A stretch of DNA of 63,098 nt, the filler included. It is 12 parts of 12 records of this genome, joined end to end, with 100 filler letters (N's around TTAATTAATTAA, not from the genome) between each part and the next. Parts side by side here need not be neighbours in the genome. Positions count along the whole stretch, not along the records: positions 7,678 to 17,579 come from SRR7504441_8679; positions 17,680 to 23,996 come from SRR7504441_8701; 10 more parts are not named here. One strand, given 5' to 3'. Under the pieces are notes generated by a model. It saw only the letters and a program-made list of their open reading frames with translations, did not search any database and was not told the origin of the DNA. The stretch's first letter is position 1, and the number at the start of each line of letters is the position of its first letter. Shown piece after piece: positions 12,296-24,096 of this stretch. The translations under genes and the position numbers were made by a program.

Positions 12296-12578
12296 GGGAG
12301 ACCAACTAGTTAATCCCGGGCTCCAAGGCTCGGTCAACCGTTCATCTCGGCTTTCTTAGATATCTATATAGCAAGTGGTCCAGTGTCAGGGGCGGCGAAG
12401 CGCCTGGCCGGATGCAACAAATACATCGTACAGGTAAACGCATATGCGGTAGGTTTGTCACGCACTTGATTAGCAATTAGTACGTAGACTACTGACAGTC
12501 TTCAACATCAAAAATATCTGGTTGGGTTATGGAGCCGACGCCGCCGCGCTGCAACAGCCGCCGTTGAGCCCGGGGCTG

Positions 12579-14192
12579 ATGGAGCCGGCTCAGGCGCTCG
12601 ACGCTGCGCTGAAACAGCCGCCGCTGAGCCAAGCTCCCGGGCTCAGGGCGCTGTTCCAGTACCGCGAGTTCCCTCCCGGGGCCGAGCTCTGCCGGCAGCA
12701 CATGCGCCCGCACTTTCTGTACATCCTGGCCGGTGGCGGCACCGAGGACGCAGCGCACAGCCCGCCCACTGTCCTCGGGTCGGCCATGCTGCGTGACGAG
12801 CCGGCGGCCCACACCGTGCGGGCTGGGGCGGACGGCTGCGGCTGCTGGGTTGTCTCGCGGGTCCAGGCTCTCCGCGAGTTTGCGGCCTCGGCCAGCCGGC
12901 GGCGCCCCGCTCGGCCGTTCGAGGCCCAGCTTAGAGAAAAGTGGGCAGCGGCAACAGTCAGGCAAGTGGCGGCTGATCGGTCGGATGCCGAGGAGGCTGG
13001 TCAGCTGCAACGGTTGGTGGACCAGTTTGGCGCCACGGTGGCCTTGCGGATGCAGCGCAAGGCCGCAGGCCGCCGGCGCAAGGAGAAAGGTCAGCGGGCC
13101 ACAAGGATGTTCAGCCGGCGAAGGCGGCAGCGGTCACCAGTGCGCGGTGGAGTGGTCGTGACCACCCAGCTAGATCACTTCAACCCGCTGCCAGGCCCAA
13201 GGCCAGCAACGGCTGATCTGGCCGGCAGGGCGAGAGCTGCTGAGGCTCAGGCCGGGGCCGGGGCAGGCTTTCGTCCGTTGGGGTTCCCGTATTCGTTCGA
13301 GCTGCAGCGCGAGATCAAGAAGCGTGAATGGCGGGCGGATCCTGGGCAGCTCTTCCGAGGGCAGCAGCGGCGGCCTGGGAGTGCCAATGTGCCAAGGCAG
13401 CAGGAAGTGTGTCGGACACCTGGAGTTTCTAGCCTGCTTAACGGAATTGTGGCCGCGGCGGCGCTAGACAAACAGCACGAGTTGGACCTTCTGCAACGGG
13501 CTTGCTCGCAAGGTGAGGCAGAAGCGGTCGAGTGGATACTGAAAGATTCTAGCGAGCGTGCACTTGACACTGACAGCCGCGGCCAGACGGGGCTGCATCG
13601 AGCCTGCCAGGCGCACCAACCGGAGGAGGCCGTGAGGCTGCTGATCTCCCGGCTCGATCCAGGCAGAGTCTGCTCGTTATGTGACAACGAAGGGAGGACA
13701 GCGTTGGCAGCAGCGGTGATTGCGGGTTGTTCCGAGGAGCTTTTGATGTCTTTGATCGAGTTTGGTTTTGATCCAAGGACGCAAGACATCTACTACCGCA
13801 CCCCAGCGATGCACTGCGCAATCTTAGGCCACGAGGCGCTACTTCGCTGTCTGCTTGGTGGGCATGCGGGGCACGGGGTGGCAGGAGCTGCAGCCTCAGC
13901 TGACAGCGACATAGATGGTCGAACAGTGTTGCACTTTGCAGCGCTGAGTGGGCACACGAGCCTGATGCGATATTTAATCTTAGACAAGGAGATGAGCATG
14001 GTGCAGCGCGACGTGCGTGGTTGGACTGCACTACACTTTGGGTATGCAGGCAAGTCACCTCAAGCTAGTGCTGTGGTCGAGACACTCCTAGGCATGGGGG
14101 CGGATCAAAAGGCTTTAGACTATGATGGTGTGCTCCCCGATCAGGCCTGCGCAGTGGAAAATGATCCGGCTAGCACTTTGCATACCGACTAG
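12579..14192 (+). CDS. Ankyrin-repeat protein with possible degenerate cyclic-nucleotide-binding-like N-terminus
   Basis: Repeats GQTGLHRAC, GRTALAAA, RTPAMHCA, GRTVLHFAA, GWTALHFG. Confidence 0.8.
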   Translation: MEPAQALDAALKQPPLSQAPGLRALFQYREFPPGAELCRQHMRPHFLYILAGGGTEDAAHSPPTVLGSAMLRDEPAAHTVRAGADGCGCWVVSRVQALREFAASASRRRPARPFEAQLREKWAAATVRQVAADRSDAEEAGQLQRLVDQFGATVALRMQRKAAGRRRKEKGQRATRMFSRRRRQRSPVRGGVVVTTQLDHFNPLPGPRPATADLAGRARAAEAQAGAGAGFRPLGFPYSFELQREIKKREWRADPGQLFRGQQRRPGSANVPRQQEVCRTPGVSSLLNGIVAAAALDKQHELDLLQRACSQGEAEAVEWILKDSSERALDTDSRGQTGLHRACQAHQPEEAVRLLISRLDPGRVCSLCDNEGRTALAAAVIAGCSEELLMSLIEFGFDPRTQDIYYRTPAMHCAILGHEALLRCLLGGHAGHGVAGAAASADSDIDGRTVLHFAALSGHTSLMRYLILDKEMSMVQRDVRGWTALHFGYAGKSPQASAVVETLLGMGADQKALDYDGVLPDQACAVENDPASTLHTD

Positions 14193-14374
14193 CACTTTGC
14201 ATACCGGTTGCACTGATATAATTACGCCCCACCAAAGGAACTACTCTAAAACCCTAGTCATACCCGAATTAATTAAATCTATAGCTTGATCATTTATTGA
14301 TTGTGGGCTCGATTTGGCTAGATAGGCTCTACGTATGAACTTATTAAACTGTTGAGTGTACGGTGGCCTCCGAG

Positions 14375-15509
14375 TCACGAAGTCGCTTGAGCGCTCCAAA
14401 AGTATGTTACAGTAGCCACATGAGCTACTATCAACAACATGAGCATGCGCGTCACTAGACGCTGCCCACTCCGCCTTTCTGCATCCGACACTGCGATCTG
14501 TGCCTGCAGCTGTGCCATGTCCGTCTCCAACTGCGTGCACAGGTTTCGGATTGGAGCCAAGTCGGCTTTGCTAAGCGTGCGCTCTGGGGTCCGGGGAACA
14601 GCTGGAGAGCTCTTGTCTGGCCGTGGAGCCGATTTACTGGAGCTTGAAGTTCTTTTCTCCTTAGACGGCTTCCGCTGCCGTACAGTCTGGATCTCGAGGC
14701 CATCTGCCAGCGGCGGTCACATCTGCTGTGTCGGTGCTCCGTGCACCTTTAGGGCTCTTTGCTGACTTTGTGCTCTTTGTTGGACTACTTTTGCTCGGGA
14801 GGCTGGGCACGGCCTTTGGGCTCTTCGAGGGCTGCTCCACTGTCAGCCACGGGCACACCAGCCAACACCTTTACAGGGCTGGCAGCCGGTTTGCCTAGAC
14901 CCATCCGACGCAGCAGCACCTTCTCATCATCGGATAGCGGTTTGAACTCAGCCTCCGGGGTCTGCAGCACGCACCGGCCCAATCGGAACACTGATTATTA
15001 GCCTGCCACCTTGGCCTGCGCGGGTGACTCCTGTTGTGGCGACGGGGACGGTGATGGTGAAGGGGCCTCCCCAAGCAACACGGCAACAAACTGCGCCAAC
15101 CAGCTCGCGCAGGGACCGCCGTTCCCGCCTACCTGCTCGAAGCTGATTTGATTGCTGTCGCCGTTGTTGACTGAGGCGATTATCCCCGCAATCTCATCCG
15201 GGCTGGCCTGCACCACAGCGCGGTCCTGTTTAGCCTGGGGGGGCGCCACCGTCTCCCCTAGCCGCTGGATACACTCCCCGAGCTCTGTTCCCCAGCACAG
15301 CTCAGCCGGACAGCGGCCCGCCTCCCGGCACCTTTAGCCGAGATGAACCCGTTGTCATCCTGGTCGAACAGCCGGAAGGCCTCCCTGCCGGCCTGTCAGG
15401 CTCGCCTGGCCCGGGCCCCACCTGAGTTCTTCTACACCGAGCGCTGATTCGTCCAGCTCCCTGCCCCGCCGGTCGGCCGTTCAGCCGCACAGCCCGGGCA
15501 CTCGCTCAT
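14375..15509 (-). CDS. Calmodulin-like EF-hand pair protein with low-complexity linker, coiled coil and C-terminal TM (tail-anchored); many mini-introns
   Basis: Spliced translation [54 protein letters not shown]; C-terminal MLMLLIVAHVATVTYFW. Confidence 0.75.
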
Positions 15510-15643
15510 CGTCAACTCGTTGGAAGACCCGCGCTCGCACGCCGCGCCTGGGAGCCCCGGCGGCACGTCCCGGGTCAAAAACGAGGCGTGACTCTCCTCG
15601 TGACCTCACACAGCAAGTTGCCGTTACTGCAGCTGAGTCGACC

Positions 15644-16772
15644 ATGCTCGCCCGGATCATCGCGAAGCCGAGCCGTACGCGGACGACTGCGGCGGCGGTG
15701 GCCGGGGGGCGGCGGTGGCTGACCACTCGGATCAACATGTGGTGCGGCCCGCGCACCTGCAGCACCAGCTTGATGTATTCGTTCCACCACCGCGAGGTGG
15801 CTTACCCGCCGACCGGCCAGCCCGACCGCCGGTCGGGCAGGACTCTGCTGTATTTGACGAGCCGCTGTACGCGCACTACCTGCGGACGCACCCGGAGCAG
15901 CAGCGGCCGTACAAGGAGCAGCTCATGGCCGGGATGGACAACGACGGGGACCGTGTGGTGCGCGAGGTGGTTCTGGGCGACCACGGCAAGCCGGTCGTTT
16001 TTCTCAAGCACATGTTCGGCCTGCCTGGAGCGCTGGGCCAGCCCGGGGCAGGGCCAAGCAGCACCACCAGCTGGATCGTGGCTTCCTCAGCCACCCCGAG
16101 TACCCAGCCGGCCGGGGCGGCGGCCGATCGGCGGGGCAGGTGTACGCACGTGCTGTTGATCCGGCGGCCGCTCGGTCTAATCAACTCGTACACCAAGGCG
16201 CTCGGGGCGTGCTCCCTGGAAGACACTTGCCTGCCCGACCAGGTGTGTTTGAGCTCCGGTGCGCTGACTGTGGCCTAGGTGAGGCTGCTGGCCGAGCTTA
16301 AAGAGGCCGGGCAATCACCTCTGGTGCTAGTCTCTGAGGCGCCCCGCGGGCATGCCGGCGGCCGAACTGGCGGGCAGGAGCTGCTCGGGGCCCCAGAGCC
16401 GATGCTGAAGGCGCTGTGCAAGGCCGTTGGGCTTGAATTCTCACCAAAGATGCTCAGCTGGCCAGCAGGTGGCAGATGCGCTGTGCTTGTGCTGGATTGA
16501 GTGACGGCAGGCCCCAAGCCGGAGGTGGATGGGTGCTGGGCCGGGCATTGGTATAGCTCCACCCACAAGTCTACCGGGTACTGGCTAGCTAGCTGGGGCA
16601 AGACTGGGACTACAGGTTTGGATCTGGGACGGTGCAAGCTTCAGACGCGGTCGTGGCAGCAGGTGGGAGCCTCGGTGCCTGGGGCGAGACGTTGGCAGGG
16701 ATGGAGCCGGTGCTGGAGGAGGCGTTAGCGCTGTTCGAGCCGCTGGCGGAGCAGGCCTTGAAACCGAATTAA
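15644..16772 (+). CDS. Sulfotransferase-like P-loop protein (as in the N-terminal domain of plant BCAT-like proteins); 8 mini-introns
   Basis: WCGPRTCSTSLMYSF, DEPLYAHYL, KHMAKQ, LLIRRP, MLSWPAGPKPEVDGCWAGHWYSSTHKSTGF after splicing 36-44-nt introns. Confidence 0.85.
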
Positions 16773-17679
16773 CTTTAGGTGTGAATCGTATGCAAGAACC
16801 AATCACTCTACAAGATTTCACTCAGTCAGTGTAACCACACCTTTGCACTCGATTTAGGATCCTGATCAAAATTTCAATGGATGTGCCATCATCTATAGTG
16901 TGGCTAAACAGGCTCGCAATTGCAAGACTCGCTGCCGCGCTACTTATTTTAATTAAAACAGAAATACCAAGCTTATAAAATTATACTCGTACGAGGAGCT
17001 GATCGGATTACAATCGTTAAGACAATTGGTGACTATGCGTAGAAACTTTATGATGAGAGTGGAGTTGGGAGAAAAGAGTAACAAACTCTATTCCGGCTAC
17101 CGGTAGCTAGTAATAGTTACAATATCGATAATAACTATTGTATGTCATGAGATGGTTCCCAGATACGGGCGCCGAGGCCAGGTGAACGGCCAGGATGGTG
17201 TACTGCCGCGTTGCAGCTTCTAGCGCTCCCTTCGGTTCGCTGCGTGGACCATGATGAACGAGGTGCGCACCATAAAGATGTGATGAGCTCTGACTTCTGC
17301 GCAGGCCGTCCTGCAGCTGGTCGTCGCGCACGTCGGCCCTGGTACCGGTAGCAACGATGGAGCTCTCAGGGAGGAAGCTCGGATCGTTTACAAGGGACTG
17401 TGGTGCGTGTGCCGTGACTTCCGGCGCTGGATCAGCTCGGCCTGCACCTGGCTCGCATGGCCCGGAAGGCCCGGTGCCTATCCAACCGTGCTGCAAAAGT
17501 CCACCACTGATCAGCATGGGCACAGACAACCGTCTCGGGGAGAAAGGAGGGTTTGCGGCGCTGGAGCCTGCACTGAGGCNNNNNNNNNNNNNNNNNNNNN
17601 NNNNNNNNNNNNNNNNNNNNNNNTTAATTAATTAANNNNNNNNNNNNNNNNNNNNNNNNNNNNNNNNNNNNNNNNNNNN

Positions 17680-17830
17680 CACGTACCCCGACGGGCTGCA
17701 GTATGTGGGCCAGTGGCTGGACAATAACGTGGTGGGTATGGATGGGCTCCCGAATGGGATCGGCTCACGCGGATTGGCCAACTCAGACGACCGGCAGGAG
17801 AAGCCCCGAGAGTGCAGCTGTGGGACGTGA
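17680..17830 (+). CDS. 3' fragment of a MORN-repeat protein
   Basis: TYPDGLQYVGQWLDN matches the MORN consensus; stop at 17828-17830. Confidence 0.55.
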
Positions 17831-18181
17831 AGGCCTATCGACAAGCGTGGCTGCTCGGACGGCCGTAGGGATGGCACACAGTACTCCAAACACCTCGGCT
17901 CTGTAGTTGGATTGTGGCCCCGCCGTCGGGGCCTTTGTGGGCTGAGGAGGTTGCGCAGCGCGGTGAGAATTTGTCCGGCAAATCATTTTTACATATTAAT
18001 TGTTCTCGTAATTAATCGCTAGTGCAGCTGCTCCCAACTGCTCAGCCGAGACCAATCTCGGTCGTCGGCAATCAACCCAAGCGTTCGCACGACCAATCGC
18101 GCGCAGGTGTCGCCCTTTGCAGCTTTCATCTGGATCGCCTTTCCAAGGTCGTTGGGATTGCTTCAGGAAAGCGCCAGTGGG

Positions 18182-18264
18182 AGCTAGTTGGGAGCAGCAC
18201 TAGCGGGCGCTGAGCAGTTGGACGCGGGCGCTAGTTGGAAGCTAGTTGGGAAGCGGGCGCTGAG
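18182..18264 (+). repeat. Degenerate tandem repeat (GCTAGTTGG / GCGGGCGCT units) upstream of the polycystin-like ATG
   Basis: gctagttgg x3 and gcgggcgct x3 interleaved. Confidence 0.6.
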
Positions 18265-18265
18265 A

Positions 18266-21200
18266 ATGGACGCTGCCGACCCGGCAGGGCCGGTGGTGGT
18301 CAAGGCGGACGCCGGACCCGGATCTCAGACGCCGGACCCGCCCACGCTGGGGCTGGTCCAGACACCGGACCCGCCCAGCCTGGTGCCGGGCGAGGTTGGG
18401 TCTGCGATGTTCAACTTAGACGTGATCAGCTTCATGGGGGGCGAGGACGCGGCCCACCTGGCCCAGCTGCAGATCAAGTACGAAAAGTACCCGACCATCG
18501 GTGATCTCCGGACCGAGGTGGCGAACGAGCTCGAGTGCCTGCCGGAGGCGATGAACATGTTCTACGGCGGGCTGCGGCTGAGCGACGAGTGGCCGATCCT
18601 GCACACCCTGCCGTGCGCGCACGAGACGATCGTGGTGCTTCCCAATGACCACCGGGAGGCGGTGCTTGAGCACATGCAAAAGCACGGGGGCGAGTTCCGG
18701 CAGAGGTCTTCTGGCCAGCGCCGGCTGGTGCCGCCGGACCAACTGATGATCAGAGCGTTTGGCAAGTCCCAGCCGCTGGCGTGGACCGAGAGTTTTGAGG
18801 ACCAGACGCTCGACGTACGCCCGGGCTCAAACTTGATTGCTACCGACCCGAAGGCCCACCCATTGATCGAGGCTCAGACCAAGCTGTCCCGCACGATGAC
18901 TGCGTGGGAGCTAGAGAAGTACGACCTGTTCAACACGCGGTACCAGGAGCGGTACATGCTGCTCAGTCACATCAACCACACCGTCTCGCTGATGTACCGA
19001 GAGAACCAGTTCTTGCGTGATGTGGTCCAGACAGGCTTTGCTCTGCACAGCGACTCGGCGCCGCTCCCAGTCTCGAGGATCGACTCAGCACCGCAAGTTT
19101 CGGACGCTAACAGCCCGGAGAACGATGGGGAGCCGGTGGGTCAGAAGTGTGTCCGGGCGATGTATTCGTACGCCCAGATGTTGGGAAACGAACAGCTCAA
19201 TGAAGTTTGGAAGCTCAAGCTCGAGCAAAGACACAAGGTGCGATCGTTCATCCGAAACTTTTCGGTCTGGCTGCCTCTAGTGATCCTGCAGCTGATCGCG
19301 ACCTTCTTGCGCCGGATCGGAGCCGATCAGAAGATGGTCATGCGGGGCACCCTCACTCAGGCCTTTGTGGGTGACTCGGTTGTGATCGACCGGGCCGAGG
19401 AGGTGCATGCGAACGGGCCTCACCAGCTGTACAATATCCCCACGGTGGACGCCATGTGGGCCGAGTATTACAGCTTGGGCGGTGATGATTACATGTATCC
19501 GGGTGCGAGCCAGATCTGCCGTGTGGCCTGAAGCCAGCCAGGTGGGCCACTGTTTCCGAACTCTACTCTGAAGAAGTACAATTACTATGTCGGTGCCATT
19601 CGAGTTCGTGCAATGCGGGTGAAGGCGGACTCGTGCACCATACCAAGTGAGCCGCCCCGAGCTAGGATCAGAATGTTATGGGGTGCTTGGCAGCGGAGAT
19701 GCGGAAATTCTACCCAGACTGCTACTCCGAATACTCTGTCGGCAATCGGGCAACAGAGTCATATGGAGGGCCCGAGGTAATTAGTCGCCCGCGGGCTGTG
19801 CCATGTGAGATCGTGTCAGGGGAGCACGTTCACGTTCAGTTCAGAAGACCAGCTCAAGATGCCACACCTGGCTGGCTTGTTTGCGACTTATGGTGCTCGG
19901 CCTACTCAGACTGATGCAGCAACTTCATTGTGCAGATGGGAGTGGCTACGTCCTCGATGTCCCTTCTGAGGCTTTTGGAAGTTCTGTGTATGCGCAGGAG
20001 ATGGGGTTTGTTGATGCTGCCACTCGCGCTATCTTGGTGGATTTCACATTATACAATCCTGCGCTTAAATTGTTTGCATGCCTCAGGTTGTCGTATGGTA
20101 AGCACTGGCGGCTTGTAATTGAACAGATCTTGGCTCATCTTGGCTGACAGAAATACCGGCGCAAGGCGGGATGGTACGCAATCTGATAGTGACCTTTGCT
20201 GATCCGTTTCGATTCGACAGTGCAGCGAAGGTGTGCAGCGCTCTGGCGGTCCTCAGCAGAGCCTGTTCAGATTGCTTCTATGGTCATGTCATTCATGCTG
20301 ATTGCGTACTGCTATTGGTTTGTCGACAGAGAAGTCAAGCAGGTCCGGAAGGTTGGAGTGCCATACTTGAAAGAGACGTTCAGCGATCCGTGGGCTGTCC
20401 TTGAGTCCGCACGCCCTCACCACAAGCCTAAGCTGCATTCTTCAGGTGGGTCAACGTTGGCATGCTGCTGACGCAGATCGCTCTCCGAGTAAAGGTGCAT
20501 CTGCTCGATCAAGCAGCCAGATAGATGAGAACTGATTGCAGGCGATGATTCGAGCGCTAGAGGGTTACGACTTAGCTTCGGACGAATATGTTCCGCTACT
20601 CGCTTTAGCCGAGACAGATCATTTGGCTGTAAGCAGAGACTTTCGCCATTGGACTGAGTTGTGTTTCGTCCTCCAGTCGATTTTTGAAGCTATCAATATG
20701 TTTATTGTGACAATGAGGGCGCTGCAGTTTGTGGGAGCACATCCGCGCATTGCGTTCCAGACCTATGTATGCTCCCCACCGCTCCGTGCTGTGATTGATT
20801 GATGGGTTGCAGGTGTACTCGCACGCAAGGTGCTTGCCCTGCGCACGGTGCTTTTATATGGTGGTGCAGCGGAGGACTAGTTGCATTTTTCCTGCTTTAT
20901 TTCCTATCATTGATTCCCTTTGTGACCATGGGGAAGCTCATTTTTGCGACGGTTTTCGAAACGTATGGGGACAACTTCCAGATCTTCGTCACATTGGTCA
21001 CCTATTCGATTGGTGAGCCTGCTACGCACCTTGCCACAGTGTGAGCGCATCTCAGGCCACTTCTCCTATGCTGATATGGTCGACATCGATCCGGTGCTCG
21101 GGACGTTGTATTTCGTGATGTTTGTTACGGCTATTTCGTTCGCGATGCTGTCCACAGTAGTTGCTGTGATCATGTACAGCTTCAGGCAGTGTTACGGGCT

Positions 21201-21645
21201 GCTGCAGACAGAGGCTGGCAAGCAGGAAATCCAGGGCTTGTCCATCCAGCTCCAGGCAACCATCATAAAAAAGTGGCGCAAGTGGAAATATGGCGAGGAC
21301 ACCAAGTCAAAGATTTGCGTAGAACATGGGAACAAGATGTATGAAGCCCTGAAGCGAATGTCTGATGGCAAAGTCGGCACCAATGAGGTCTCAGCTTGGT
21401 TGGGCCAGTATCCGGAGGCGAAGGATATTTTCCAGGTGGAGAATGCAAGCGAGATTATTGCGAGGTATAAGGTGACGAATTACTTTCGCAAAACTGACCT
21501 CATGAATTTGAAGAGAGACATCAAACTGTTTATGCAAGATGTCGACTTCTACATAGGTGAAGAGGCGAGCATGATGCGTTTAAAGCAAGAAATCTCAGCT
21601 GAACTAGCGACTCGAACGAGATCAGTTGGTGCCAAAATTTTATGA
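18266..21645 (+). CDS. Polycystin-2 (TRPP)-like cation channel with N-terminal ubiquitin-like region; multi-exon
   Basis: VGAIRVRAMRVKADSC, DCYSEYS, GSGYVLD, FVDAATRAILVDFTLYNP, LGTLYFVMFVTAISFAMLSTVVAVI. Confidence 0.8.
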
Positions 21646-22125
21646 ATTTAAACACTGTTTTGGAGAGGACACGCCATTGAATGATAATGTCTCATCGTTA
21701 ATTAGTCTACTAGCTCCGTCTCCTGCGCAATGCCATGCTTGGAAGGACATGCATGCATAATCATTACAATTACATTACAATCACTATCACAATCATGTAC
21801 GCAGCCGCGTACAAGGTTGATCTATAAGTATGCATAATTATGTGAGACATACGTTATCATTAGTATGAAAGATAGTACCGAGTACTCGCACCCAATGACA
21901 AAAGATATCGATTGTTATGCAATCATACGATTGTTATACAATCATACTAAATAAATAGCTAAAGCGAAGTTAATGATCGTTACAATAGGATTACCATTGA
22001 CAACTTGTAATTGAAGAGCATGTCGACCTAAAACTATAATCGAAACTAGTGCTCGCTAAGCAGCTACTTAGTGGCACTAATTAACAGTCATGTACTCGTA
22101 TGATCTCAAAGAGTCACACTTGCAA

Positions 22126-23996
22126 TTATCGAGCAGTGTGTCGAGAAGGTGTCTTGCCAAACTCATTGTCAAAAGCCTTGTCTGCTCTTGCGTCTTCCTT
22201 TTTGGTGACCTCCCTTAGCATGGTTCTAGCCTTCCAGACCTTTTCCTTCCACATTGTCTTTTCCTTCGCTATCCGTTCCTCTTTCAATTTTAACTTATCC
22301 TCTGAACTTAGTTTGGTGAGCTCCGCCTTCGTGGTTTTCTTTGCATTGGCTGCAGCTTCGTCGGCCGCACGGCCTGCCTCCTCCGCTTTCTTCTCCATTT
22401 CAGCTTTGTTTCCCACATTCGAATCTCGTGCCACTTCCTTATTCGCATTTTCCGCAGCTTTACGTTTGACCAAGGCATCCTTTTCAGCGGTTTCTGCCTC
22501 GGCTTTCTCTACTTTTGCACCCTCGTCGGAGTCCTTGAGCTCTTCATTGAGTTTGGCCATGGCGGCTTCCCCGCATCTGTTTTTATATTCGTCTTGTGCG
22601 AGAACTGATTTTGCACCCATCACTTGTACCTGCTCTTGTTCCTGCTGGAGTTGGGTCTCCTTCTTCTTGCGATCATTAAAAAGGCGGAGGGACTTTTTGT
22701 TCGCTATGTCTGCCTTGGCACTCAACTCTCTTGATGATTTGGTTGCAGCCTCTTGCTTCGCAGAGGCTTCATCTAGAGCATCGTATATTGCCTTTACTTC
22801 CTCTTCATCTTGGTCCTTTGTGAGCTTCATAACCTTCTTGTGATTCAGCTCTTTTGTTGCCGAGCTGTCTAGCACCCGCGTCTTGGCGCGATATTGTTTC
22901 TGTTCAATTTTCTTAACCTTGTCCTGCACTTCTTTGCTCTTCTCCTTGAGCTTCTCGAGAATTGTCTTCTGTTTGTCTACGTTCTCAGAAAGTTGTGCCT
23001 GCATATCGTCATACATTTTCGAACTGCCGGTGTCGTACTTGCACTTCACCCTGAGCTCCATTGACTTCTTAGTCTCCCTCCTGATTGCTACGATGTTCTG
23101 TAGCTTCCACCCAGCAAAGATTTTCTTTTTGAAGCCGTGCTCCTTTGTCTGAAGCTGCGCCTCCTTTTCGTACGTGTCGGAATGCTCTTTTTCGTTGTAT
23201 GACCACGCTGGATCGTAGGCTGCACCCTCACCAATGTTTGCACAGCGTTCTGCCTTGTGGTTGTATATAAACGCTCTGCACTCCTTGCCGGCTGCAACAC
23301 AGACACAATTGGGGCCCTGCGAATATGCCTAGAGCTAGCAGCGGATGGCCCACCTTGGGTACACTTCCACTTGCATTCACTATAAGTTAGCCTTGCATCC
23401 TCTGGGTCAGCTGCCGGAGCCGCCTCGCCCACCATTCCAGGAATGGCCTGATAGCCGTGCTTGGGGTCGCCTTCTCCTGACACCGATACATGTTAGCACG
23501 GCTGCACTAGGTGGTGATTCCTGACCTAGCTCTTTCTTGAGGTACATGATGCTGTCTGAATCGTACTTGAGCTTCCCCGTTGATAACAGACATTCATGCG
23601 TTTGCTTATTGAAGCTGAACGAGGAGCAGGTCACACCTGAGTCCAACCAGTGAACACACGCTGGGCCCGACGCATGCACGCACGCATATTGCAGTAGATC
23701 TCGCAGCCTTCCATGGTGGTCTTTTTCGGCGTGGGTGCCGCCTGCGTCTTGAAGTAGAAGTTGGGTACTTTGTTGTACCTGATGGGGGCGCCAAACTTGA
23801 CCCCGATCCGCCCATCTTCCACATCCCGCGAGTACTTGTAGTTCCAGTGCATCAGCCGCTTGTTCTCGCGCATGTAGGCGTCCGCCAGCTTCTTGAAGTT
23901 GGCCCACATCTCCTTCTTTGTGTTGAGCGCGTTCTTCATGTCCTCGTCCACCGCACCCACCTCCGCGAGCTCCTTGGCCTCCTCGTTCGCCTCCAG
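22126..23996 (-). CDS. PAN/Apple-domain plus long coiled-coil protein, 5'-truncated, multi-exon
   Basis: Two PAN-like Cys patterns (CEIYC..CSSFSFNKQTHECLLS; CKWKC..CRAFIYNHKAERC) and a K/E/A-rich coiled coil. Confidence 0.6.
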
Positions 23997-24096
23997 NNNN
24001 NNNNNNNNNNNNNNNNNNNNNNNNNNNNNNNNNNNNNNNNTTAATTAATTAANNNNNNNNNNNNNNNNNNNNNNNNNNNNNNNNNNNNNNNNNNNN

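Noticed and set aside
15643-15646. Divergent genes sharing one CATG start
   Set aside because: The EF-hand gene is better modelled from ATG 15509; the minus-strand ORF from 15645 has no support.
17107-17579. Minus-strand ORF at the contig end as a definable gene
   Set aside because: Probably a 3' gene fragment, but frame and product could not be established.
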